This document shows, in pieces, positions 38,255 to 49,010 of a stretch of 64,000 nucleotides of DNA. Position 1 is the first letter of the stretch. Every line of letters starts with the position of its first letter. The stretch covers positions 40,405-104,404 of the forward strand of contig JAQTQQ010000002.1 of the NCBI GenBank assembly GCA_028712175.1, written 5' to 3'. Below the pieces are notes generated by a model. It was not told where the DNA came from. It saw only the letters and a program-made list of their open reading frames with translations, and ran no database searches. The position numbers and the translations under genes are program-made. Source of the stretch: Candidatus Omnitrophota bacterium (GTDB lineage Bacteria > Omnitrophota > Gorgyraeia > Gygaellales > Profunditerraquicolaceae).

Positions 38255-41163
38255 TTTTTATATTTTTTCCCGCTCCCGCAAGGACAAGGATCATTGCGGC
38301 CCACCTTAGGCTGATTGGGCTGCACAGGTTTAGAGTCCGGTTTTTGTTGGGGCACAGCGTCAGACTCCTCCGCCTCATCTTGCCGAAGAGAAACTTGAAA
38401 TTGATCCGTAGCCGGATGCGAAAATTCTTTGGGTAAAGAACCAAACACCCCCTGGAACCTATCTGGTTTAGCCGGCTGTAATTTAAAAATAGTCTGCACG
38501 GAATCTTCTTCAATAGCAGTAATCATCTGGCTAAACATTCCGAAGGCTTCCCGCTTATACTCTATCAAAGGGTCTCTTTGGCCATAAGCACGCAAACCAA
38601 TGCCTTCGCGCATACTATCCATGGCATAAAGATGGTCCTTCCATTTAGCGTCAATAATCTGCAAGAAAACCATACGTTCTAAATTACGCAGTAACTCTTG
38701 GCCGATAGATTCTTCTTTGCCCTGATATGCCGCCAATAACTCTTCGGTTAGCTTTTCTTTTACATCCTGGTTGCTGAGATTCGCAAATGCCTTGCCATTG
38801 AGCTCCAATCCGAAATTTAAGACTACAAAGTTAACTAGCCCTGCGGTATCTATTTCGGACGTATTCTGGCTGCTGTATATTTTGAGATAGTCCTCAATTA
38901 ATTTATAGATAATTTCGGTGATATTATCTTTTAAGGAAAACCCTTCCAGGATTTGCCGGCGCTGGCTGTAGATAATTTCTCTTTGCTTATTCATTACATT
39001 ATCATACTCCAATAGCTGTTTTCTAATTTCGAAGTTGTGTTGCTCAACCCGGCGCTGGGCAATCTCTATGGATCCACTTACCCATGGATGCTCAATCACC
39101 TGGCCTTCTTCTAACCCTAATTTATCCATTAACCCGATAATCCTGTCTGAACCGAACAGGCGCATAAGATCATCCTTTAATGATACGTAAAAACGCGATG
39201 AACCCGGGTCGCCCTGACGGCCGCTTCGGCCGCGCAGCTGATTATCAATGCGACGCGCTTCGTGGCGTTCTGTTCCTAAAACATGCAGCCCCCCTAACTC
39301 CACTACCTTGTTATGCTCTAAAGATGCTTCTCTTTTATAACGCTCAAGAATTTCCTGATACTGGCTGTTATAATCAGAGTCTTCGGGATTTAATTTTTGC
39401 TTAGCTACGCTTTTTGCGATAAATTCCGGGTTGCCTCCTAAAAGTATATCCGTGCCGCGGCCGGCCATGTTTGTAGCGATAGTTACAGCTTTAAATCTTC
39501 CGGCCTGGGCGATAATAGATGCCTCCATTTCATGATGTTTAGCGTTTAATACCTGATGGGCAATCCCGCGGCGCTTAAGCATATCCGAAAGCCTTTCGGA
39601 CTTATCAATAGTAATTGTACCGACCAATACGGGTTTACCCAAGGTACTTAATTCCGCAATTTCTTCCACTACGGCAGCAAATTTCTCATCTTCGGTTTTA
39701 TAAATACGGTCGGGATAATTCTGGCGTACTAATGGCTGGTTTGTCGGTAAAACCACTACATCTAATTGATAAATGCTTTTAAATTCATTGGATTCGGTAA
39801 AAGCGGTACCGGTCATGCCCCCCAGCTTCTCATACATACGAAAGTAATTTTGAAAAGTAATCGTTGCCAGTGTTTGATTCTCCCGCTCAATCTTTAATCC
39901 CTCTTTGGCCTCGACAGCCTGATGCAAACCGTCTGACCAGCGCCTGCCGGGCATAAGCCTGCCGGTAAATTCATCTACGATAATTACCTGGCCATCTTTA
40001 ATTACATAATCCACATCACGCTGGAAAAACTCTTTGGCACGTAAAGCCGAGATTGTATGGTGGCGGTATTCAATCGTCTCTAAAGAATGCAGTGTTTCTA
40101 CGTTCCAGAGTTTGGAAGCCTTAAGCTCTCCGCTTTCAGTCAAAGCCACGGTCTGCGCCTTCTCATCCGCTATATAATCAAAACCTTGGCCTAAATCTAT
40201 ACCTTTGTATTTTGCGTCAATTTCATCATGCTGGGTGATCCGGCGGCCGCTTAATTGTTCGACTATTTTCTTGGCAAGATAATACTTTTCCGTAGATTCC
40301 TCCGCGGGCCCCGAGATAATTAAAGGGGTGCGCGCCTCATCAATTAAAATTGAGTCGACTTCATCTACGATCGCATAATAAAATGGCCTTTGCACAAGCT
40401 CATCAATAGAATATTTCATATTATCGCGCAAATAATCAAAGCCGAATTCGTTATTTGTTCCGTAGGTTATATCGCAGGCATAAGCAATCTTCCTTTCTTC
40501 ATCCGACATATCATGCTGAATAGTGCCTACGGATAACCCCAAAAATTCATAAATTGGCCCCATCCATTCGCGGTCGCGACGGGCCAAATAGTCATTAACC
40601 GTAACAATATGCACGCCTTTACCCAATAAGGCATTAAGATACGCTGCCAATGTCGCAACCAGCGTCTTTCCTTCGCCGGTAGACATCTCGGCGATCCTGC
40701 CTTCATGCAAAATAATACCGCCTGCAATCTGCACGTCAAAATGCCTGAGCCCTATCGTGCGCCGGGAGGCTTCTCTGACTACGGCAAAGGCTTCGGGTAA
40801 TATACCGGCAAAGATTTTATTCCTGCTGAATTTTAATTTTTCTTTTAATTTCTCTTTTTCTTCGGGGATAGCTACGCTAAGCATCGCCTGCTTAAACTGC
40901 TCTAATTCTTCGTTAATTTCTTCGGATTTGGCTTTTAAATGACTTTTAAATTCCTCTGTTTTATAAGCAAGCTCTTTATCGTTAAGCGAACTTATCCGGG
41001 CCTCAAAAGAATTAACCGCCTCAACCAGATGCGCTACCTCAACCATCTTATCCATTGAAGGGCTGGGCATATCAGGATGTAAAGTTATATTCAAATTAGG
41101 AAACCTTTTCTTTATCCGTCCCTGCTTATTGTTTAATATGATTTTCTTAACTGCCCCTAACAT
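38239..41163 (-). CDS. secA: preprotein translocase ATPase SecA
   Basis: 974 aa with DEAD-motor motifs ([27 protein letters not shown]) and a C-terminal zinc finger [14 protein letters not shown]. Confidence 0.95.
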   Translation of the reverse strand: MLGAVKKIILNNKQGRIKKRFPNLNITLHPDMPSPSMDKMVEVAHLVEAVNSFEARISSLNDKELAYKTEEFKSHLKAKSEEINEELEQFKQAMLSVAIPEEKEKLKEKLKFSRNKIFAGILPEAFAVVREASRRTIGLRHFDVQIAGGIILHEGRIAEMSTGEGKTLVATLAAYLNALLGKGVHIVTVNDYLARRDREWMGPIYEFLGLSVGTIQHDMSDEERKIAYACDITYGTNNEFGFDYLRDNMKYSIDELVQRPFYYAIVDEVDSILIDEARTPLIISGPAEESTEKYYLAKKIVEQLSGRRITQHDEIDAKYKGIDLGQGFDYIADEKAQTVALTESGELKASKLWNVETLHSLETIEYRHHTISALRAKEFFQRDVDYVIKDGQVIIVDEFTGRLMPGRRWSDGLHQAVEAKEGLKIERENQTLATITFQNYFRMYEKLGGMTGTAFTESNEFKSIYQLDVVVLPTNQPLVRQNYPDRIYKTEDEKFAAVVEEIAELSTLGKPVLVGTITIDKSERLSDMLKRRGIAHQVLNAKHHEMEASIIAQAGRFKAVTIATNMAGRGTDILLGGNPEFIAKSVAKQKLNPEDSDYNSQYQEILERYKREASLEHNKVVELGGLHVLGTERHEARRIDNQLRGRSGRQGDPGSSRFYVSLKDDLMRLFGSDRIIGLMDKLGLEEGQVIEHPWVSGSIEIAQRRVEQHNFEIRKQLLEYDNVMNKQREIIYSQRRQILEGFSLKDNITEIIYKLIEDYLKIYSSQNTSEIDTAGLVNFVVLNFGLELNGKAFANLSNQDVKEKLTEELLAAYQGKEESIGQELLRNLERMVFLQIIDAKWKDHLYAMDSMREGIGLRAYGQRDPLIEYKREAFGMFSQMITAIEEDSVQTIFKLQPAKPDRFQGVFGSLPKEFSHPATDQFQVSLRQDEAEESDAVPQQKPDSKPVQPNQPKVGRNDPCPCGSGKKYKKCCGK

Positions 41164-42273
41164 TTCTTTTCCTTATTTTTTGCGCTGAATTTCAGAAAAG
41201 CCTCAATAAATTCATCTAGTCCGCCATCTAAGATTTTCTGTGTATCTCCGGTTTGAAAATCCGTGCGGTGGTCTTTGACCATATTATACGGATGCAAAAC
41301 ATAAGAGCGGATCTGGCTCCCCCATTCAATCTTTTTCTTATCCATATCAAGCTGTCTTGATTCTTCTTCTTTCTTTTCCTGCTCAGCCTCATAAATACGC
41401 GCCTTAAGTATCTTTAAAGCCGTTTGTTTGTTTTGAAACTGCGAGCGTTCATTTTGGCACTGGGCTATAATGCCCGTGGGGATATGCGTAATTCTTACCG
41501 CCGAATCCGTGGTATTGACGCTTTGGCCGCCTGCGCCCTTAGAACGATAAACATCTACGCGCAAATCTTTTTCTTCTATTTTTATATCAAATTCCTCTTC
41601 TATTTCGGCGATTACATCAACCGAAGCAAAAGAAGTATGCCTGCGCTTATTGGCATCAAAGGGAGAAATACGCACCAAGCGGTGCACTCCGCGTTCTGCT
41701 TTTAAATAACCAAAGGCATACGGCCCTTCAATTAAAACAGTAACATTTTTAATCCCTGCCTCTTCGCCATCCAATAATTCAATTGTCTTTACACTATAGT
41801 CATGGCTTTCGGCAAAACGGCTATACATTCTAAAGAGCATCCCCGCCCAATCGCATGATTCCGTCCCTCCGGCGCCGGCATTAATACTTAAAATCGCGCT
41901 GTTCTTATCCAGCGCTCCGCCTAAAAGCACCTGAAATTCCAGCTTGTCTACTATTTTTAAAAGAGAACCCGCGTTAAGCTCCAAATCTAAAACCAGCTCT
42001 TTATCCTCTTCTTTGAGCAGCAGGATAATCTCGGCGAGCTCTTGATATTTCTTATAAGCCTGCTCCCAAGGATCAACTACGCTTTTTAGATTCTTTAATT
42101 CCTTTACCGTTTTTCTAGACTCTTCTGCGTTGCCCCAAAAACCCTCACCGGACATTTGAGCCGATAAAGTTTCTATCTTTTGCTTTTTATTTTCAACGTC
42201 AAAGATAACCTCTTAAGTTTTCCATTCTTACGCCGATATCATTAAGCTCTGTTTGAATTTTTTCAACCATCAT
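41157..42273 (-). CDS. prfB: peptide chain release factor 2 with programmed +1 frameshift. Frame 0 is 42199..42273; the +1 frame runs from 42204 downward.
   Basis: Frame 0: [24 protein letters not shown] then UGA in the context CUU UGA C, with an upstream AGAGGU SD-like element. The +1 frame continues DVENKK... through SPFD and GGQ motifs. SD AAGGAG precedes the ATG. Confidence 0.9.
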
Positions 42274-42280
42274 GACTCCT

Positions 42281-43354
42281 TTAGGATTTTATTATTCCCT
42301 TATAAGCTAACATAAATTCTTCGCGGTTATCCGCAACCAAAACGGCATCCTCTAAGTTTACTTTACCGTCGTATACCAGTTTCACTAAAGACTGGTTAAA
42401 TGATTGCATGCCGAATACTGCGCCTTCTTCTATATATTGCGGTATTTCCCAGATCTTTCCTTCACGGATAAGGCGGCTGATAGTCGGGGTAAGAAGCATA
42501 ACTTCATATGCCGGTATGCGTCCACCGCCTTCCTTAGCAGGCACAAGCCTAAGAGAAATAACCCCTTTTAGCAAGGAAGCCAGCTGATTTCTTATCTCCT
42601 GATGCTGGTGCGGAGGAAAAAGGTTTATTAACCTTTCAACGGTCTGGGAAGCATTAATAGTATGCAGGGTGCTTAAAACCAGCACCCCTGTTTCTGCGGC
42701 AGCCATGGTACTGGAGACTGTATCATAATCGCGGATGTTTCCGATGAACATTACATCCGGGCTTTGTAAAGTAAACGCGCGCAAAGCGGTCGGATAGCTT
42801 CTAACGTCAATCCCTAGCTCGCGCTGATTTATAATCGACTGCTTGTCCTCAAAAGTAAATTCAATAGGCTCCTCTGCGGTCAAGATATGCTTCTTAGCAA
42901 CAGTATTTATATACTCTATCATACTGGCAATTGTGGTCGATTTTCCGCTGCCCATAGTCCCGGTCAGAAGAACAAGCCCGCGAGTTTCCATTGATAGTTT
43001 TTTTAATATATCAATGGGCAAATTAAGCTCTTCAAAAGTAGCTATAGTATTATGAACGTTTCTAATAACAATAGAAGGCCAATTTCTTTGAGTAAATATG
43101 CTCACCCTGAAACGCCGGTCAAATTCCTCTAAGTACACGGCAAAATCTACATCTAATTTAGCCCTAAAAGTCTCAAGCTGCCTCGTGTTGGCCAATTGTT
43201 CCGTCGCCAGCATAACGTCGTCTACGCTTAAAACTTTAGCATCCATGGTAATTATTGTCCCGTCGATGCGCAAACGAGGCGAGCCTCCGGCGCGATAAAA
43301 AAGATCCGAAGCGTTCCTAAGCACCATTTCCTGCATTAATTTTTTAATATCCAT
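42281..43354 (-). CDS. pilT: type IV pilus retraction ATPase PilT/PilU family
   Basis: Walker A GTMGSGKST and the PilT signature region. Confidence 0.85.
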   Translation of the reverse strand: MDIKKLMQEMVLRNASDLFYRAGGSPRLRIDGTIITMDAKVLSVDDVMLATEQLANTRQLETFRAKLDVDFAVYLEEFDRRFRVSIFTQRNWPSIVIRNVHNTIATFEELNLPIDILKKLSMETRGLVLLTGTMGSGKSTTIASMIEYINTVAKKHILTAEEPIEFTFEDKQSIINQRELGIDVRSYPTALRAFTLQSPDVMFIGNIRDYDTVSSTMAAAETGVLVLSTLHTINASQTVERLINLFPPHQHQEIRNQLASLLKGVISLRLVPAKEGGGRIPAYEVMLLTPTISRLIREGKIWEIPQYIEEGAVFGMQSFNQSLVKLVYDGKVNLEDAVLVADNREEFMLAYKGIIKS

Positions 43355-43370
43355 TTTCCCTCCGAAAATA

Positions 43371-44864
43371 TTATACCACCCTATTGCCTTTTAATGTAGG
43401 ATTAAATTCCATGTATCTGGCAAACATAAGCCGGGTCTGGGCATCTATCGCCGGAAACGACCCGATGATTAATATTATAAACGGCACAAAAAACCATTCT
43501 AAAACTAAAACAATATTTTTAAGCCAGCTTACCCCCTTAGGGCGCTTTGGTAAAATTGTCCAGCTTAAGAATATCCAAATCAAACTTGTCAGTATCGTAG
43601 ACTTAAACAGCAACCCGGCAATCTTTGGTAAATTATAGGCGATAGCAGTCTGATTAAAAAAAGCCCCTCCGAAGAATACCGGTAAATAACCTATAACCGC
43701 AAGGATAACCGCCCATACAGCCCAGGTAACGTGGCTTTCCAAAAGGTGAAACGACCTTCTTATCTTTTTAAATACGGGTATATTTTTGTTTTTTATAAAA
43801 CCTTCTACTACAAAAGGAAAGTTTTCCACTCCCCATGCCCACCTTCTTTTCTGCTTATACTGAACAACCATCGTCTTTAAGATATTGCTGGAATAGGCCA
43901 CATCCATAGAAACCGTAATATATAACGGGATCACGCGATAATCGCCATTATAATGCAGGTATCCTTTCCAATAAATCACAGAGTCATCGGAGATCATATT
44001 TGTCGGCCAATAATCGATCTCAACCAATGTCTTAAAACTCATGCTATGGCTTGAGAACGTAACAAACTTCTCCAAGCGCATGCTTTCAATCAATTGGCAA
44101 AATGAACTGCTGATCTCGATTAGGCGCGCAAAAGAAGGCGCCTGCCAAATATTATTATTATAAACCGGCATAGGCTGATAGCTTGCCTGGTGCGGTTTAT
44201 CAGAAGTTAAAAAGTGATAACTAAGGCAGCCGAAATACTCACGGTCAACACAAGTATCGGCATCAAAACAAGAAACAATGACATGGTCATAGGCAATATT
44301 CTTAGAATCTATGTAACCTTTGGCGGCTTTAGCCGCCCAGGTAGCATTCGCCCCCTTAGTACGGCTCTCCTGAAGAAGCCCATCAGGATGAAAAGTAGAT
44401 AAATACGCCCCAAATCTTGAGCCGAATTCTTTTTCTAATATTGCGGCAATTTTACGCGAAGCGGGATTACGTTCTTCAAACGCCATAACCACAATAAAAT
44501 TTTCTTTTAAGTAGTTGCTTGCGCTTAAAGAAGTTAGCGATGGCCGCAATACCTCCAACCCCTCGCTATATACCGGAAATATAATTAACTGGTACATCCT
44601 TTTAAAATCTTTATCCGCGGGTAATTCAAGGCAGCTTCTAATCCAATCTCTGTTTTTTTCTTCCGCAAGCCTATGGTGAGCCAGGATTAAAAGGGTAGTT
44701 AAATAAACCGTACGTATAATCCAATAAAAATCAAAAGTTATAATCACAATCGCGCTTGCTACAGGATGCAGAATGGATAATAAAACAAGCGTAATGATTA
44801 TGCCCCAAGATAATCCTCCGGGAATAATCTCAAGGATTCGTTTTAGAAAAACCGTTCTATTCAT
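43371..44864 (-). CDS. membrane-embedded family-2 glycosyltransferase (processive, cellulose/hyaluronan-synthase-like)
   Basis: N- and C-terminal transmembrane segments, DAD-type motif (CFDADTC), and QKRRW (QxxRW). Confidence 0.65.
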   Translation of the reverse strand: MNRTVFLKRILEIIPGGLSWGIIITLVLLSILHPVASAIVIITFDFYWIIRTVYLTTLLILAHHRLAEEKNRDWIRSCLELPADKDFKRMYQLIIFPVYSEGLEVLRPSLTSLSASNYLKENFIVVMAFEERNPASRKIAAILEKEFGSRFGAYLSTFHPDGLLQESRTKGANATWAAKAAKGYIDSKNIAYDHVIVSCFDADTCVDREYFGCLSYHFLTSDKPHQASYQPMPVYNNNIWQAPSFARLIEISSSFCQLIESMRLEKFVTFSSHSMSFKTLVEIDYWPTNMISDDSVIYWKGYLHYNGDYRVIPLYITVSMDVAYSSNILKTMVVQYKQKRRWAWGVENFPFVVEGFIKNKNIPVFKKIRRSFHLLESHVTWAVWAVILAVIGYLPVFFGGAFFNQTAIAYNLPKIAGLLFKSTILTSLIWIFLSWTILPKRPKGVSWLKNIVLVLEWFFVPFIILIIGSFPAIDAQTRLMFARYMEFNPTLKGNRVV

Positions 44865-45792
44865 TCGCCTTCTTTCTTATTATCCCCAGCAAATACAGGT
44901 CTGTGTTCAACCTTAACTTATACAGGTTATTATAAAAAACCCCGCCGGGGCCTTTTTGGCCGTCGCTAAAATAAAGAGCATCTTCTTTGGCGTCATAAAA
45001 TGCATACGCCTCTTCATTATTCAATGATACAAGGTTAACTGGTACAGCCCTTGGCCTAGACTCTATCACCCCGACATGTTTATTGGTTAACACTATCAAA
45101 TGATAATTATCTGAATGCCAAAATACATCAATTATTTTCTCTTTTGGGTAATCCAACAATATCGCCGCATCCGAATAATCATGATCGGCTTCAGCATCAA
45201 AAAAGACTACGCCAATTTGATGCAGACTAAAAATAAACATTTTTTTCTTATCCGCGGAAATGCCCCAACCGGTGATTTGAGCAAATTTATCCGGGAGGCT
45301 TGCACAATCTACAAAATTAATTCCGTCTAAATCCGACCTGTAGACGACTTTACCTTCCTGATCCAGATAATATATCATTCTTTTTTCGGCATCAATACGA
45401 AAGGTGGAGAATTTTTCCCTGTTCAGCTGCTGAAGGTCGGGCCGCAGAGGGAAAAGAATAATCTTGTCAAGGCGCAGCGCCCTGCCCGCCTCTACATCCA
45501 CTTCTCCTTTCCATGGATAATGCCCCGGCAGCTCTAAAACTATTTTATAAACCCCGCTGACCAGCTCATAAATACTCGCCGGGGTATTCTCGGGCATTAA
45601 CTTGCCATTAAGGTATATCCTGGCTCCTTCCGGCTGAGTTTTTACGTAGATTAATCCTGTTTTAGAGAACTTAAAGGTACGCGCATTAAATTTGTAGCCC
45701 AGAGAAAAAGCAATGATAAAAGGTAACCCGGTAATAAACAAAAACAGGCTTAAATAAAATAACAAGCTTCTTATTCTCTGAAAATTCGGCAT
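44857..45792 (-). CDS. PEGA-domain membrane-anchored protein
   Basis: N-terminal transmembrane helix and the PEGARIYLNG PEGA motif. Overlaps the downstream GT2 gene by 8 nt. Confidence 0.5.
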   Translation of the reverse strand: MPNFQRIRSLLFYLSLFLFITGLPFIIAFSLGYKFNARTFKFSKTGLIYVKTQPEGARIYLNGKLMPENTPASIYELVSGVYKIVLELPGHYPWKGEVDVEAGRALRLDKIILFPLRPDLQQLNREKFSTFRIDAEKRMIYYLDQEGKVVYRSDLDGINFVDCASLPDKFAQITGWGISADKKKMFIFSLHQIGVVFFDAEADHDYSDAAILLDYPKEKIIDVFWHSDNYHLIVLTNKHVGVIESRPRAVPVNLVSLNNEEAYAFYDAKEDALYFSDGQKGPGGVFYNNLYKLRLNTDLYLLGIIRKKANE

Positions 45793-45793
45793 T

Positions 45794-47074
45794 TTACTGG
45801 TCCCTAATTTGCTCCTTTTGCCCGGTCATGCTCATATTGCCGATTAGCCCCTTACGGCGCAGCAGATGATGGTAGCCTACGGCAAACCTATGCGCCTCAT
45901 CGCGGACCTTACGGATCAAGTTCATTGCCGGGCTATCCTTAGGAAAATTTAACGCCGTTAAGTTCTGGCTGCCATAAATATTCTCTTTTACTTTGGCAAT
46001 GCTGACCAAAGGAATAACGATGTTTAATTCATTAAGCACCCTTAAGGCGGTTAATAGATGGCCTTTACCTCCGTCAATAACCAAGAGGTCCGGAAAAACC
46101 TTCTTTTCCCTGATCAGGCGGAGATAACGGCGCCTTATCACCTCAGAAAGCATTCTATAATCATCAACTCCTTTAAAGCTTTTTATGCGAAACCGCCGGT
46201 AATTATTTTTATCCGGGTTAGCGTTATAAAAACTTACCATTGAACCAACCGCATGATCGCCTGATAAATTAGAAATATCAAATCCTTCAATTCTTACCGG
46301 TAAAACACCGAGGCCAAGCCTGCTTTTTAAATCCTCTAACTGGCCCTTACGATTGCCGATACCGTTAGTAACAGGCATCTCGGACAAAACAATAACCTGA
46401 TCACGCAAGCTGGCCGCAGCTTCAAAATCAAGAGTTTTGGCTTTATCTTGCATTAATTTAGTAAGCCTGCGGATCAATAAGTCATTTTTACCCTTTAGGA
46501 TTAAAACGATATTTCCGATAACTTTTGCATATTCTTTAGCGCTAATCCGCCCGATACAGGGAGCCTGGCAAAGATTGATCCTATGATAAATACAACTCTG
46601 TTTCGGCATGTTTCCGCAAGAGCGATAGGCGAAGCTGTGCCGGATAATTTTAAGGGCGCTCTTTAACAGCTTAGCATCGGTATAAGGCCCGAGGTATCTG
46701 CCGGAGGCATATTTTTTCCCGCGGACGATAGATACGGAGGGAAATTTATCCTTTGAAATCCTGACGAAAGGAAAACTCTTGTCATCTTTTAGGGAAATGT
46801 TATATCTTGGCTTAAATTCATGGATAAGCCCGGCCTCAAGCAAAAGCGCCATACTTTCATCGGCGGATAACCTGAATTCGATATCTGCAACCTTAGCCAT
46901 TAAGGCTATAGTTTTACTGGATAAATCCCTGCCTAAATAACTAACCAGGCGCTTCTTTAATGAATTAGCCTTACCTACATATAGCACTTGGCCACGCTTA
47001 TCGCGCATCAAATAAACACCGGGCAAATCAGGTGCGTGTAGTATTTTTTCTTTTAGGTTTTGCGCTTGGCCCAT
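45794..47074 (-). CDS. uvrC: excinuclease ABC subunit C (short form lacking the C-terminal HhH pair)
   Basis: GIY-YIG motif (GVYLMRDKRGQVLYVGKA), a UVR domain, and an RNaseH-like endonuclease domain. Confidence 0.75.
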   Translation of the reverse strand: MGQAQNLKEKILHAPDLPGVYLMRDKRGQVLYVGKANSLKKRLVSYLGRDLSSKTIALMAKVADIEFRLSADESMALLLEAGLIHEFKPRYNISLKDDKSFPFVRISKDKFPSVSIVRGKKYASGRYLGPYTDAKLLKSALKIIRHSFAYRSCGNMPKQSCIYHRINLCQAPCIGRISAKEYAKVIGNIVLILKGKNDLLIRRLTKLMQDKAKTLDFEAAASLRDQVIVLSEMPVTNGIGNRKGQLEDLKSRLGLGVLPVRIEGFDISNLSGDHAVGSMVSFYNANPDKNNYRRFRIKSFKGVDDYRMLSEVIRRRYLRLIREKKVFPDLLVIDGGKGHLLTALRVLNELNIVIPLVSIAKVKENIYGSQNLTALNFPKDSPAMNLIRKVRDEAHRFAVGYHHLLRRKGLIGNMSMTGQKEQIRDQ

Positions 47075-48603
47075 AATGATCTTTGCATAAACTCCTTAAG
47101 CTCGGTAATTTTAAAAAGAAAACAAAAAACAAAATATGATAATGCCCCGAAAAACAACGCCCAGACAAAATTTAACGCGCGATTAACCAAAAAACACACA
47201 ACTGCGGTGCAAAAAGAAGCTGTTAATATGCGCAAGAAAGAATTCAATATTTTTTGCCCTGCGATCCCATTCAGGCGCTTCTTTAAAATAAAAAACAAAA
47301 ATAAAAAAGTAATTATCCCGGAAATGGAAGTGGCTAAAGCCAGGCCTCCGATTTTAAGAGGGAACATAAGCACGGCATTGAGAATTGTATTTATGCCTAA
47401 AGCTAAACCGGCTATTTTTGTGGGAGTAACCGTATCTTTAAGGGCAAAAAAACAGGATTGCAGTATTTTTGTCCCTCCGTAAGCACTTAAACCTATGCTA
47501 TAAAAAAACAAAGCATTGGCAGTCAAAAATCCTGAACTAAAATCAAACTTCCCCCCGCCGAAAAGAGTAAAGACCAAAGGCTGGGCCAAAACCATAAAAA
47601 TAGCGGTTACAGGAAGCATCACAAAAAAAACTGCGCGCAGGCCCCAGGAAAGAGTGGCTTTTAGCTCATCATGGGTTTCTTCCAATGCCTGCGTAGAAAA
47701 AGTAGGTAAAATCGCCTGCGCAATAGCGTTGCTAAAGATACCAATGGGAAATTGGATAAGACGGTAGGCAAAATAGAGCACCGCTACCCCCCCTTCGCCG
47801 ACAATTACCGCAAGTGAGGCAAAAATTGAGTCTACAAAATTATTTAACTGATAAATACCGCTGCTTGCAAGGCGCGGCAACATTAACTTTCTAACTTGAA
47901 TTACCCCGGGATGGTTAAAACATAAAGCGAGTTTTGGCCGGAATCCCTTTTTATACAAAACAGGCACCTGCACCGCTAGCTGCAATAAGCCGCCGATTAA
48001 AACTCCGGTGGCTAATCCTAATATATTTTCCCCGAAAAGCATTGCACAGATAATTATAGCAATATTTAAAAGACAGGGAGCAAACGCAGAAACAGCAAAG
48101 TCTTTAAGCGAATTAAGCACAGCCATGGCATAGGCAGCCAGGCCGATAAGCAGTATATAAGGGAAAATAATCCGGTTTAGATTGATCGTTGCCTGAAGTT
48201 TATCAGGAGAGGCGATAAACCCGGGGGCAATCATGCGCACAATAACCGGAGAGAATATTATACCCAATATAGTTATAGCGCTCAAAACGACTATAAGTAA
48301 ATTAAGCAGGAGATTGGCCAACTCCCAAAACTCTGCTTTTGAACGCTTAAGGCTGTATTCGCTTAAAACCGGGACAATCGCGGCGTTAGAAGCACCTTCG
48401 GCAACCATATCCCTAAATAGATTAGGTATACGAAAGGCAATAACGAATGCCTGCGCATAAACATAGACTCCGAACAGGCGGGCAATAATTACATCTCTTA
48501 TAAACCCGAGGATACGCGAAATAAAGGTAGCTAAGCTAATGGTAGCCGCCCAGCGCGCAACTGACTGATTCTGGCTGATTTTAGGATATTTGGTTATTGA
48601 CAT
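47053..48603 (-). CDS. murJ: lipid II flippase MurJ (MviN)
   Basis: 516 aa with 14 transmembrane helices. The N-terminus (RILGFIRDVIIARLFG) matches MurJ. Confidence 0.85.
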   Translation of the reverse strand: MSITKYPKISQNQSVARWAATISLATFISRILGFIRDVIIARLFGVYVYAQAFVIAFRIPNLFRDMVAEGASNAAIVPVLSEYSLKRSKAEFWELANLLLNLLIVVLSAITILGIIFSPVIVRMIAPGFIASPDKLQATINLNRIIFPYILLIGLAAYAMAVLNSLKDFAVSAFAPCLLNIAIIICAMLFGENILGLATGVLIGGLLQLAVQVPVLYKKGFRPKLALCFNHPGVIQVRKLMLPRLASSGIYQLNNFVDSIFASLAVIVGEGGVAVLYFAYRLIQFPIGIFSNAIAQAILPTFSTQALEETHDELKATLSWGLRAVFFVMLPVTAIFMVLAQPLVFTLFGGGKFDFSSGFLTANALFFYSIGLSAYGGTKILQSCFFALKDTVTPTKIAGLALGINTILNAVLMFPLKIGGLALATSISGIITFLFLFFILKKRLNGIAGQKILNSFLRILTASFCTAVVCFLVNRALNFVWALFFGALSYFVFCFLFKITELKEFMQRSLWAKRKT

Positions 48604-48749
48604 GAATAACGAATTATGCTAATAATATTAACTCATAAATCCCCTTAAGTGAGCAATACAGAGTATTCTTTCTTTGGGGATAAAATTAACTAACACCCCC
48701 GTGCCTATAAACAGCTGCGCGGGTCTACCCTTGTGGATAAGGAGAATAC

Positions 48750-49010
48750 ATGCCAAGACGCAGGACATCATTAAAAAGTAACCGTGTGAACAAGAGAAAA
48801 CACGACCGCAATCTAAAAGTCAAGGTACAGCTTAAAAAAGCGATCAAGAAATTCCAAGAACTAATCGCAAAAAAAGACGCCGAGGCAAAAAAATTTATTT
48901 CCAAAGTTTTCTCTCAGCTAGACAAGGCAGCCAAGAAAAATATCATTTCCTCTGCTACGGCTAACCGCAGAAAATCGCGCCTTATGCGTAAATTAAACAA
49001 ACCCGCATAG
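48750..49010 (+). CDS. rpsT: 30S ribosomal protein S20 (bS20)
   Basis: 86-aa basic protein with an S20-like sequence. SD AAGGAG is 6 nt upstream. Confidence 0.85.
   Translation: MPRRRTSLKSNRVNKRKHDRNLKVKVQLKKAIKKFQELIAKKDAEAKKFISKVFSQLDKAAKKNIISSATANRRKSRLMRKLNKPA

Noticed and set aside
41157-42273. UGA recoding (selenocysteine or an alternative genetic code) as an explanation for the prfB in-frame UGA
   Set aside because: The context CUU UGA C with an upstream SD-like element is the canonical RF2 +1 frameshift site. Every other gene ends cleanly at a standard stop codon, so the standard code applies.
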